64,000 bases of DNA from Entomortierella parvispora E1425 (lineage: Eukaryota; Fungi; Mortierellomycota): NCBI GenBank assembly GCA_020891255.1, contig BQFW01000004.1, forward strand, positions 1,984,001 through 2,048,000. The letters are read 5' to 3'. Under the pieces are notes generated by a model, which worked only from the letters and a program-made list of their open reading frames with translations, was not told where the DNA came from and searched no databases. Shown here piece after piece: positions 49,201-61,507 of the stretch (positions are counted from its first letter, which is position 1; every line of letters begins with the position of its first letter). The position numbers were made by a program, and so were the translations under genes.

Positions 49201-49836
49201 TGTCCTCAACTTGACGTACTCGATGGCCTTGCGCAAGGGGAATCCGGTGGAGAAGAACGAAATGAAAAAGTCGCACGCAGGCCAGGCACGTACATCTATA
49301 GGTGAAAATGATAGGCAGACGGACACAGAAAAGATATTAATATCTTTTTTTCTTCCTTGGTCTTGTTCGGTGATGTTTCACCATCAAGAGTCTTATTGGA
49401 GAAAAGGTGGAGGCGGGGAGGAAGGGGGGAGCTGTACCTTCATCAAGGATGCACTTGTCTCCAAAGATAATGGCCTCAAAAGGACCGTTGTTCAAAAGCC
49501 TATCCAGGATGTTGCGCATGGGCTTGGAGCGAGCTTTGTCGTCCATGGCGCACACACCGATAATGTCTAATTCACACGCACAAAATAGAGCTTTGAGTGA
49601 GAAACCCCGAGGCGCTTGGTGAAAACAGCGCATGTGTCACTAGTCAGGGTCATTGAACCATGGCACGTACATTTCTTGCGAGGATGCGTGGGCGTCGATG
49701 GAGAGAGTGAGCCATTTACGGAATCCGAGGGACCGTTGGCCAAGGGGCGAGATGAGTCGAGATGTGAGGGGTGAGAGCCGGTGGAGAGGGGTTTTGGGAA
49801 TTTGAACCCATTCGAGACGGATTGGTTCTTGTCCAT
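46249..49836 (-). CDS. VIP1: Inositol hexakisphosphate / PP-IP5 kinase Vip1 (PPIP5K): ATP-grasp kinase plus histidine-phosphatase domain
   Basis: Motifs: [55 protein letters not shown]...[35 protein letters not shown] and [14 protein letters not shown]. Confidence 0.95.
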
Positions 49837-50591
49837 GGTGCACAGGGATCAGATCAGGTCGGATCAGATCAGCTATAGGGGGAGAAGAGTTGAATCTGTG
49901 CGAGGGAAACAGGCAATGGGGAGAATCGATGAAAAGACGAGAAGGAATGAATGTCCAAGGAATGGTAGTAATAAAAGAAGAAGGAAAAAAAAAAAAAAAG
50001 AAAGAGGACTCTAAAGTCTAAAGAAACAAATGAAAAAAAAAAAATCTGTTCAGACCACGTTCATTTGTCTCATTGCCACCGAGGTTGTCGTGAGAGTAAG
50101 AAGGGGAGAAGACCTCTTCCCGAGATGGCCTGAGAGTAGCCGAGCCAAAGAAGCAGAAAAAGACAACGGACAAACAGACCTCCTGCGAACGATGTTGTCA
50201 TTGTCCTTCAACGGGTGATTGAAGATGCCTCTTCCTTCCCCCGACGCGATAATTTGTGCGACATGCAGAAAAGTGTGTGCATGCTGTTTTTTTGCCGCAA
50301 ATGAACGCCCTGCGTCGTCGGAGATCAGCCTTTGCGCCTTTGATATCCTGGTCATGTTTGGCGCCTTGCCGCAGTTCGTTTTAGATGTCTATGTAAGTAG
50401 GAGCATCTATCTCTGAAAAATGAAGCAAAGCAGTTCGTAAAGTGTGTTGGGAACGAACATGTTAACTTTGCCATCAGAGTAAGGGACACGGACCATATAT
50501 GCACGTCCGTGGCAAAAAAAGACGATCAACAGACGAGCCCTCTGCGGAGCATGGCATGGGCGCGCGAGAATGCGAAGTAGAAAAGTAAAAA

Positions 50592-50916
50592 TATTGGAGA
50601 ACCTGGGCATCGATCCCAGTGCCTCTCGCATGCTAAGCGAGCGCTCTACCATTTGAGCTAGATCCCCATGCGCTGAATCTCGAAATTCGAGTTTCAGATG
50701 AAAATAATTTTTTCAAGTTGTATATATACCAGAATATTTTGAGAGCCCGGAGGGCTCCTCAAAAAAGCTATCTGGGGCCCCCAAAATGGCATCCTTCATG
50801 ATCCCTGGTGACACTATACCCTTTTGATAAAAAAATGGAGCGATTTGGGTGAGTTTTGATGGAGAAATGACAAGAACTGTCTTGACGAAAATTGCGCACA
50901 AAATACATGTAACGTG
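50592..50916. repeat. Direct repeat copy 2 (tRNA-Ala plus ~250 bp upstream flank)
   Basis: See 39599-39923. Confidence 0.95.
50595..50667 (-). tRNA. tRNA-Ala, anticodon AGC (copy 2, identical to copy 1)
   Basis: Same 73-nt sequence as 39602-39674, with a T5 terminator at 50587-50591 on the minus strand. Confidence 0.96.
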
Positions 50917-51638
50917 CTAATTGGACTGTCCTGAATAGATGACCATTCTGTGGGAAGTTGATAGTTGTACAGTAGATGTTTCCCACGAGACAGTGCGTGT
51001 AGCTCAAAGACAAATCTCTGATGTAGGTAGGCGCTCTGGGCCAGGGCAGGTCGTGCGGTTCACAGCGCTTTAGTTCGCTCCGTTTCTCCTGGGCATCAGA
51101 TTTTTTTTTAAGAGTGAATGCTTTCAGTAATAATAAAAAGTGAGCGTAATAGCCTCATCAGAGCATATGTCATATACCTACGTTCCTTCAAACAATCGCC
51201 GCCATCAATACCGCAGTTCCTGGAGCAACTCGGAGACAGACCAACGACCAACAACCACAGGCATTTTGCACGCGATTTTTGAAAAATGTAGGTGCTCGTT
51301 ACATATGCGATCTTATAAATACTGTGACAATTACACAATTTTTTTGTGTATGGTCAAAGCATTAACCGCTTCTTACCTTTGTCCACACCCACCCCACCAT
51401 CACATCCTCCCCTTCGCCACGAATTGTTTCCCTCGCATCCTTTCGTTGACGCGTCGAATCATATTCACTCCAAAGCCCATTCACAGCGGACCAGTTCTTC
51501 TTGTTGTCTGGACATTCGCATCTACAACACTTGCATTCCGCAGCAGATATCTCGCAACTCTGGAGCAACGACTGATTGTCTGAGGAAGAAGACAACGAAG
51601 ACGAAGACGAAGACGCCAGCTTCGACGATCTCACAATC

Positions 51639-54600
51639 ATGTCTCACGACACGGGAAGTCAGCAATATTCAATGAACGGCCAGCAGCCAGCTGACCGTTT
51701 GAATGGGTAAATGCGGCATTTGACGCGTTCGTCACAGGATAACGGCCTCTGTATAATTTTTTTTTGCGAACGTTCGTTATTTTTGACGTTAATCAAACCC
51801 ATGGCTAATGGCTTGATTAGGGTCCCGCCGTCAAACATGCCTGGAATGCATGGACTGTATCAGGGAGAGGGCCAGAGCAAGAGATTCGGAGACGATGGAG
51901 GTCTCGATGTTACCGCCGGCGGATCCTCAGGCGCTTTTCTTTCGCTTTCGCCTTCACTGGACAGCTCATACCCTGTTGTGCCAGGGTCGTCCCATAGTAG
52001 CTCAACCACGCCTGTACACAACAGTTTCTCGGCAGCTGTGCCTTCAGCCAACGGATTCTCTGCTTGGGGCACTGTGGCACAGCCTATGAATGTAAGACAA
52101 CGTTTGTATACGCCTTGACCACAGCAACAGCACACAGTGGGACTCACAGAATTCTTGTTGCCATGTTTCATAGGAGTCTGCTCGTCCAGCAGTGCGCAAG
52201 CCTTCGATGACCCGTGAGCAGCGCAAGTACTGTGGCGCCATTATGAAGCAGCTGAAAAAGCATCGCGACGCCATTGCTTTCCTCCATCCTGTGAATCCAG
52301 TGCTCCTCAACGTTCCTGACTATCCAGATGTCATCAAGAACCCCATGGATCTGTCTACCGTTGAAAAAAAACTGAATGACGTCAAATACGAGACAGTTGA
52401 CGACTTTGTTGCGGATATGAACCTCATCTTTAATAATTGTTACCTCTACAATGGTCGAGACGCTTTGGTCTCTGTCCACGCCTCGAACCTGGAACAGGCA
52501 TTCAATAGCTCGATGCGACATATGCCTAAAGAGGTGAGCCTTATTTACCAGCTATCGGAGTCATGGTGGTTAGATGAAATACTAATTGTCCGTGATGCGT
52601 TAGAACGAAAAGGCTCTGACGGAGTCCGTCTATGTGAAGGAAAGCCCCAAAAAGCCATCTACCTCAACCAAAGCAAAGAAAGAGGCTCCCAAGAAGGAGA
52701 CAAAGCTGACTCCGGTGACTTTAGTCGCCCCAGAGGCGATTGGCGCGTCAAGCACAGCCCTCAACATCACTGACTCAGAGTACTCGGCTTCAGAGGAGAA
52801 ACGACCAAAGCGGGATACCCATGCACCTTCAAAAGAAATCCCTGCAGGCGGTAAACGCAAAGGATCTGCAAAGTGGAAGAGCGACCCCCGACTTCGATTC
52901 TGCCAGACAATTGTCAAGGATTTTTTCAAGAAATCCAACGCTGAGTTCATGTTTCCATTCTTGGAGCCTGTGGATTGGGTAAAGCTCAAGATTCCCGACT
53001 ACCCAAAGATCATCAGGAATCCCATGGACGTAGGAACCATCAAAAAGAAGCTTGAGGAGGACGTGTACGAGAATGCCTCTCAGTTCGAATCTGATGTCCG
53101 TCAGGTCCTTTGGAACTGCTTCACGTTCAACCCGCCTGGGACTCCGGTTTATCTGATGGGGCGAAGAATGGAGCAATTGTTTGAGAGCAAATGGTCTGAA
53201 CGCCCAGCACCACCGACGCCACTTCCAGCGCCCGAAGTACAGGTCGGTTCTGAAAGTGAGGCTGAAGCTGAAGCCGAGGGTGAGGGTGAGGGTGAGGGTG
53301 AAGAAGTTGATTCATCTGGTAAGTGGCACTAGGACACCCATGTTCTATACTTGCCGAGAATTCAGTCTGACTTCCATATCTTGTGATCACTTTTAGATGA
53401 CAAAATTGCAGAGATGGAACGCCATTTGAAAACACTCTCAGAGCAGTTGGAAACTATGAAGGCCACAAAAAAGAAGGACAAGGGTGACAAAAAGACTGTA
53501 TCTAAAACTGCAGAAAAGAAGCCAATGCCTCAGGAGAAGTCAAAAGCGAAGCCTACTGCCAAAACTCATACGAAATCCTCAGCGAAAACAGCCGAGAAAA
53601 AGCCCGCATCAAAGAAGCCCCGGATTTTATACAGCAGTGACGAAGAGGAGGTCCTTACATACGACCAACAGCTGGAGCTCAGCAACTACATCAGTGGTTT
53701 GCAAGGGGAGGAGCTGTCCAATATCGTACAAATCATCCGCGAAACTATGCCAAATTTTGGGGTAAGAGTTACTTTCATGATCTACAGGGAATATTGATAT
53801 GAGTACAGCTTCTAATACTACTGTCTGAATTTGATAGAATGGAGAGCAGGATGAAGTTGAACTTGACATGGATCTGTTGGACCCAAAGACAGTGTACAGG
53901 CTGTATGAATTTGCAATCAGAGGCCGTCCTGAGAAGCGCAAAAGGACCCTGACGAAGAAGGCTAGAATGATTTATTCGGATGATGAAGAAATTCCGAGCT
54001 CCTCGAAGAAATCGAGATCAAACAAGAGTGGTGTTAAAGGTAGATAGTGTAGATGCAGTAAGGTGTAATGGTGTAATGGTGTAATGATCCGAGCCTGATA
54101 TTAACCTGTTCTTATGGTATAGGATCATTTGATAATGATCAGGATGCCTCCATGAGCTCAGGCAGCAGCTCCAGCTCATCCGACTCTGATAGTGATGCCT
54201 CTGGTAATATGTTGTAGCTGGGCTTTCTCAACGAAATGCTTTGATAAGAGCACTGACTCAGCATTCCACTTTTATGTTCTTGACTCTGTAGATTCAGATG
54301 CTGTTCAGGTACATTGATCTCTGAGTTTATTATTTTATCAATTCCAGGGAAACAAGTTTTCTGACCACCTATTTTTTTTTAATGTTTTAATAGGTTCATT
54401 CTTCTCCTCATCGTTCGAACTCACCAGCCGTAAAGTATGCGCGTGGACGATCGCCTCCTGCGAAAAAATCCCCACCCACCCCTACAGCTCCGCCCACGAA
54501 ACATGTTTCAAAAAAACAAAAGCAGGAGCCAGCAACATCGACCAACAGGAAGCCTAAAGCTGATAACACCTGGCTTAATCACTCTCTGACATCTAATGGC

Positions 54601-55946
54601 ACTATGTCGTTTGATGTTGCGCCACTGGATATCGATGTTGCGGAGTTGACCTCCAAGAAGAAAAGTTCCCCTGAGCCACAGGAAACACTACCCAAGGCAG
54701 AGGTATGTTTGTATACATTCCTGGCGTTTCCAAGAATCGACTCGTCCTTGATTGCTTTTCTTAATACGTCTGCATGGTCATAGGAGCACATTCAACTTGA
54801 AAATATGGAGCATTGGGCCGCATTCACTACTGAGGTCCAGCCTTCAAAGTCCTCTACTTCAACGCCTGCAAGTGAAAGTTCAAAGGCTGATCCTGCATGG
54901 GAGCAATTCCAAAGAGAAATGAAGGCAAAAAAGGAAAAGGTAATCAGAAGATCTTGCTGTGCTTAAGACATCCCGATATCCTTTGAACTAGGTTACTCAT
55001 CAGTTTTGTTCGTTGTATCGTCAATCGTACCGTGACCCTGCAGGAGCAACAATTGCAGAATGAGCAGCTCCGGAGGGAGCGTGAGGCTCGCGAGGAAAAT
55101 GAGAAACGCAGACAGGAGGAACGCAAGCGCATTGAGCAAGAGAAGGAGCGCAAGAAGTAAGTTTTGTTTATCTTTTGGTTTGATGGGCTTGACCAATTGC
55201 TTATTCTGTTTTACTTTTTTGCCTGTAACAGAGAGATTGCACGCGAAGCATACATGCGGGAGCAAAAACGAGCAGAAGAGATTCGCCAAAGGCGGGAGAG
55301 ATCTCGAGAGAGAAAGCGCGAGTTGCGCGACAGTGCAAATCCGTACTGGGAGCAGGCAATGGCGATGCAAAAGTTTGAAGTTTTACTTCTGGAGCAGCAA
55401 AGGGACGAGCACCGAAAACATGAGGAAAACGTTCGACGTCGACGTCTCACTGCCGGCGATCCCTTCTTTCACACGCAGTTGCCTCAGTACACGGCCCTCT
55501 CGGAGTCCTCTCCTCTTGGTCCTCCTGGAGTTAGACCGGGTATGGCCATATCTCCTCCTCAAATGTGGTCGCCGTCGCCAATGATGCATGCTCCTCACCA
55601 CCACTCTCCACCCGTGAGTGCGTTCACTCCGCCTCCGCCTCCGATCCATCCTCCCTTTTATTCACCCCAGCCCCCGCCACCACCCACTTCGCCGCCACGA
55701 GCCTCGACTCCACCACCACCACCTCCTTCCAGTACCCCCCCTCGGGCGTCGACGCCTCCTCCTCCTCCTCCATCGACACCCCCACCCACGAATCATCAGC
55801 AACCACCTCCACCTGCATTTGATGCCTGTCGACCCAATGGAGGTGCCGCAGCCTTTGCGAGTCCTCTGACAGCGCCTGTGGCCATGAACGGAGTCGGAGC
55901 GGAGGAGGCTTTAGACGAAGACGACATGAACTGCGAAGAAGACTAG
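51639..55946 (+). CDS. BDF1: BET-family double bromodomain protein (Bdf1-like): BD1, BD2, ET, Ser/Asp-rich segment and extended coiled-coil/Pro-rich C-terminus
   Basis: BD1 has PDYPDVIKNPMDLSTV...NCYLYN and BD2 has PDYPKIIRNPMDVGTI...NCFTFNP. The ET domain reads LTYDQQLELSNYISGL...EVELDMDLL. About 11 phase-consistent exons run through to the stop at 55946. The start is inferred from exon 51639-51706. Confidence 0.9.
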
Positions 55947-56048
55947 GAGGGTTCCTGTATATATATATGTGATTGTACACCACTAGCATTAGACCCCCGG
56001 GGGCCGGCCCCTTTCCACCCATGTAACATACCAGAAAATAACAAAAAA

Positions 56049-56215
56049 AACGCGGCCCCGCCGAGAGCGGTCTTGACAAAAACAGAGTATTTTTTTTTTG
56101 GCGGGAATCTTTTTTTTTCCTTCATGCAAAATGAAGTCCAGTCACGTTCAGCGAGAAAGAGCGCGAAAAATGAAAAAAAAAAGGAACGGACAAAAGAACG
56201 ACAAAAAAAACGCGT
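56049..56215. promoter_or_regulatory. Cluster of E2F/SBF/MBF-like G1/S elements upstream of Spc7
   Basis: TTTGGCGGGAA at 56097-56107, GCGCGAAAAA at 56161-56170, ACGCGT at 56210-56215 and ACGCGG near 56050. Confidence 0.5.
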
Positions 56216-56338
56216 TGCGGACTGGCTCGCATGGGCTGATCATTCCTTTGTTCTTTGCTTCCTCGTTCTCTTTTCATCTCATTCCAGATCAGTGCCGCCC
56301 TTTCCTCATCCTTCTCTCTGCTCACTCAGGATCACCCC

Positions 56339-59300
56339 ATGGACGAGGACCCAGTGCCCATGCAGGAACACGCACCAGTCCATGCCGACGGGCCAGTGCT
56401 GGACAATGTCCCTTCCGAGCAGACAGGCGAATCCACCACAGTGACCGAACCTGCAATCCAGGAGGATAATCAGCACAATCAGAGCAATCCAGACAATCAA
56501 TCAGGACAGCTTTTGCTCAAGCGGCCATTGGATCAGGAAGACGCGACCTCACCTTCAGAAGAGCCGGCCCATGACCAATCACCACCACCTTCTGCAGGCC
56601 ATAATCACGAGAACAATGACATCAACAATGACACCAACAATGACAACAACAACAGCAGCAATGAGCATGCCGAATCTAATGATTCCTCCAACAAACGGAG
56701 AAGAATCTCGGTACGCCAATGTTGTTGGAGGGAAAAGAAGCGTCTACTTTTCTGTTGATCTTGCTTTGTATCTTGCTGACATGGATTATCTCGGTTGTTT
56801 AGTTCCCAGGAAAGTCGATTTTGAAATCCTCGACCCAGGATGGAGATGGGGACCTTTCGATGGAGCCCGGAGTCACGGATGAGCTGAATCAACAAGCAGA
56901 ATCCGCTGTATCGGCGCTTGACGTGACAGAGACATTCTCGGGAACAACGTAAGTGCAAGCCTTTTTTTTAAGAAAAAATGTTATTACGGTGAATTTGCTG
57001 ACAGAAAGCAACGACAACCGACAATGCGTTCTTTTTCCATAGCGAATTTACAAAGAGGAATCGACGATCGATTGGAAGGCGTGTCAGTTTCGCTACAACA
57101 GCTAGAATCAGGTAACGCGACGAAAAAGGATCAAGCAAGGACTTCATGCCAAAGGAGAAAAAATGTCTGGACATTAATTCAAAACAACCTTTTCTTTGCG
57201 GATATAGAATGTTTGAGCGTGATGAAAAAGAGGACGAGCATGCCAAGACTACTAGCTTTGTGGAGGGGTTGAATCCTCGAATCAGTCCTGACCATGCTTT
57301 CTCGTTTGAGAACAGTCAAAAGGATGCTGGCAATAGCAGCGATACAGGCCATGATAGTGGCGCTGCTGGAACTAACGACGATACAATGGACTCAGCATCG
57401 AGCATCAATAACGAAGGAGATGATCAAGAGCCGCGCTCAGAGACGACCACAGGAAGTAGCGACTCGGAGAAGGAGTAAGTTTTTATTAACCGCTATTGGT
57501 TGAATCGTTTTCATGAGCCTACTGTCGTCAAACTAACCATCTCGTTTTTGCGACCAGGCGAAGCTTTGAAGTCAACATTGGCCATTCTGATAACACGGGA
57601 AGCTCAGGTGGGGCTTACAGCGTAGGCGATTTGTTGTCGTCCTCGCTTGGTGATTTCGGTTCGAATCCATTTGATGAGTCCGACGCCGGACAAGCCAGTA
57701 GCAGTGATGACGACACAAAGGAGATTTTCCCACCACAAAAGTTTATGAAACGATCCTCAGGAGTTAGCATCGGTTTCTTGAATCGGGACGACAATGAACT
57801 TGGACCGGCTGCTGATGTCGATGGAGGCACACAGGATTTTGATGGAGATTCCAGAGATTTTTCGACGACGAGCCAGGATAACTATCAAGAAGACAGTATG
57901 GATTATCGCTTCCAGAACCACAGATCATCTCTGACAGGACAACCCGTCACGGCCGAGGAGCGCGAGGACACTTTTGAATTCCTTTCCATGGACCAGATAG
58001 CTGGACCATCGGGACACCTGGACGCGCCGATGAGTCAGATGAGCGATGGCGATACCCTTGACATGGACATTACTGCCCCCATCGGTGGAATTCTGGAACA
58101 AGAGCAACCTCCTACCTCTTTTCATGCTACTGAAGTTGAGGAAGATACTGTAATGTCTCAACATGATTTGACTGACATGAGCATTGGACAAGAGCGCGAG
58201 CCCTTGCCACCAGTTTCTTCTTCTGATGCGACCACACCCGCACCGGCACCGGCACCGGCACCGGCAAACGCAACCACGATCGCACCCCCAGCTCCAACCG
58301 CGCCAGTCACTCAAAACCCGCCATCCTCGAGATCAAGTATACCATCGGCAAACCCAAGATCGAATCCATTACTGGTTCGTATTTTTAATAGAAGCGCCAG
58401 CAGCGACGATCTCAAGAAGCACAAGGATACTGCCGCCAAAGAAGCTGCCAAAGAGCGTTTGTCTCTTGATGGTAGTAGCAACAGCGAAAATAGGCCAAAG
58501 TTCCCTTCAACGCCACCACGTAGAACTTCTTTTCTTCGGAATTTCTCCTCGCCGGCAGTGGATGCGGGTCGAGAGCTGGGAACGCCTCAGAAGTACACTC
58601 CCAATGTCCGAGCTAGTTTCAACATCTTTCCAGAGGTCATGGAGAAACAGCTGCAGCACTTGGAGACCTCCAAGCCTGCAGTCCCTGGTAATGACTCGAC
58701 AGAACTATTTTGAGTGTTTTTTTAGGAATGGGAGACTAACCGTTAGCCTTTGTGAAAAAATTCTGGACGATCAGTGTTCCAAGCGCCACATGTCAGCCCA
58801 GAAACGAGCAATCTGGCAAGGAGGATTGCTCGCTATTCATCAGGTTCCTTTGGAATGGCCGACCCGTTCTTGGACGGCGGTAGAGAGGATCAGCCCGAGC
58901 CCTTGAATCGAGTCGAATATCCCCGTCCAGGGATGGATAGCTCAGTCATGGAGGGAATCGAGACAGAGGATATCCCCACAGAGGACCTGCAGGCGAGCCT
59001 AATGATGGATGACCAGGATAACGACGAGCAGGACCAGTCCTCTGAGATGCAGAGCGAAGGAATGACAGACGAAGATTCATTCTCTGAGGTACATAATTCG
59101 CCAAAGAATCACAAAACACCATCTGACTGTCGAGAGGGCGCTGTCGGGGCAATGTTTTTGACAATGCTGTTTTCTTCCATGTACTAGCTTCCTCCAATCA
59201 CCCTCAACAAGTTCTTGAGTCTGGCAGGAATCCACTTTATGGACCATTTGGTGGCGAGTACACGGCGGCGTACAATAACCCATAGACCGACCATGCCGGA

Positions 59301-61355
59301 ATCGCCCTCAAAGACTTCCTATCGATTCGTGGATTTTGCAAGGGCCACAGCGGCCCCCGCTGCACAATTGCATGCTCATAGAGAGGGATGCAAGCTGCTA
59401 AAAGAATTCGAGGATGCGAGTCGTAAACAGGTCCCTGAACTAGAAAAACGGATTAACACGCGGAACCCAGAGTGTTTCCGCGATCTTCGCGAGGGCGATG
59501 CGGCGGCCAAAGACTTTATCAAAAAGCAATTCCAGCTCATCAAGAAGTACTGTACTTTGGATTCTGCAGAGACCCTGAACGAGCTCATGCAAAACCTTCT
59601 TGAGGATCAGCGGGACTCGCTAGAATACCATCTCTCGAAGCTTGCAGTGGTAAGAGTCTTCTCTCAAAAGATGGAGGGTTATTTTACGCCTTTATTTTCA
59701 GTCTTCATTTCAAATGGGATGTGTGTAGTGTTGGTTCTTAACATGGGTTTTCTTTATGCAAATAACATAGGATCGCGAAACGATCAAGAATACCTGGACG
59801 AAGATTGCAGCAGACAAACCCAAGGTCACCTCAAGATACCACGATTTGAAGCGTCAATTGGAGTTGGCTAGGGGCAGACGAAATGCGTTTGTGGAGTGCG
59901 ATAAGGCACAGCTGGAGTACCTGGCCGAGTCTATTGATGAGCTTGGGTAAGAGAACGGCGTACAGTCCTCCTCTATGCTTATATTCGATTGGAATTTGCC
60001 CATGACTAACAAGAACAATTGATCCCTTTGATTTTGGTAGCACACAATTGAAGCATTTCAAGGTCGAGCTTGTTAACAAGCGAAAGGAAGAGTCTGAGAT
60101 TCAGAGTCGAGTGAATCAATTGAAAATGGCGGAGCAGGCCATCAAAGCACGAGTGGCCGTGGCAGAAAAGACGATCGAGGACTATCAATATGTGGGCCCC
60201 GAGGATCTTTATCGGGCCAAGGAAATGCTGGGAATTGTCCAGGATATTCACCTTTGGCGACCATTGGGACCCGTCCCAACCTTGGAGTCGTTTCAACAAA
60301 ACCAGAAACTGCAGTTCGTATACGATCACACGTTGAAGGTTTCCATTGACATGACCAAGATGGGTAAAGCCCCGGATGCGGTCCAGGTGTCTATCATCGA
60401 GGAGGATCCCGAAGTGGCCTTCAACTTGACCTTGACAGAGAAGCAGCCAGTTGCCATTTCTGCACTCAAACCCAAGAAACGAAAGTCATTTGCTGAGGTA
60501 TGTCTTTTCCTTTTCCTTTTCCTTTACCTTTTTTTTTTTTTTTTTTTTTTTTTCATTTCAGTCAACATCAAGGGGTATTTTCACTAACAGACCCTTTTCT
60601 TTCTCTTGTTTGTTTTTATTAGTATGCTGGACTATTGAAGGACTATATGACTTTGATCACATCGGCCTATAAGGCCGGGACAGCTATTAGCAAGATCCTA
60701 TCGGATATCAGCACATTCTGGACAAAGATCAGCCTTATCCGACGGGATATTGAGCTGGTACGGACACACAATGTGGTGGATATTGTGGCAGGATCGGAAG
60801 AGAATATCAAGGAGCTGGAAAGAAACAAGGTCCAGGTTGGCCGCCCGTCTCCTCCGAGGCAGGTGCCAGGATCACCCGTCACAACGCCCATTGTGCTCCT
60901 GGATATCCGGGTTCGGTTTACGGGACCGATCTTGGGAGCTCGTCGGAGCGAACGCAACCGGACAACATCTGGAGGGTCACAGGAGAATGGAGCAGATGGG
61001 CATCGGAGAGGCCATGGCCATGGTCGTCCTGCCCATGAAGAGCCAGTCAAGTTTTATTTGTGGTTCACATTCACGCTGAATGATTTGCTGAACTTTCCGG
61101 GACCCAGCTCGTTCACATGGAGACTGGAGGTTGTCTATGGATCCATGAGGTAAAGAAGGGGTGTGGATCGATTGCGAATCTTGTGTACACCCAAAAAAAA
61201 AAAAAAAAAAAAAAAAGACCCGACTGACTTTTCTTTTCTTTCCTTTCTTCAGTCATGAACAAATCGCAGATGTGATCGGACCAAGTATCAAGAAAGGAGG
61301 TTACGAAAGTCTGCGGGATGTCTGCGTCAAAGTTAACCAAATTCTAAGAACTTAG
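56339..61355 (+). CDS. SPC105: Outer-kinetochore scaffold Spc7/Spc105/KNL1
   Basis: GKSILK at 56815, RRVSFA at 57080 and MDITAPIGGI (MELT-like) at 58063. The C-terminal Spc7 region has ITLNKFLSLAGIHFMD, followed by coiled coil and an RWD-like end. Multi-exon. Confidence 0.9.
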
Positions 61356-61507
61356 TCCTTGGAAAGTATTTGTAGCCCGAGAAAAAACCTATCATTCCCA
61401 GCACCTGCCCTCATCATTACCCATAATATATCAATTGCACTTCAGATGGCCTGGGGCGTGAGGAGAGGAAAATCAGGGATATGTTTATTGTCTTGTTGCG
61501 AGTAATG

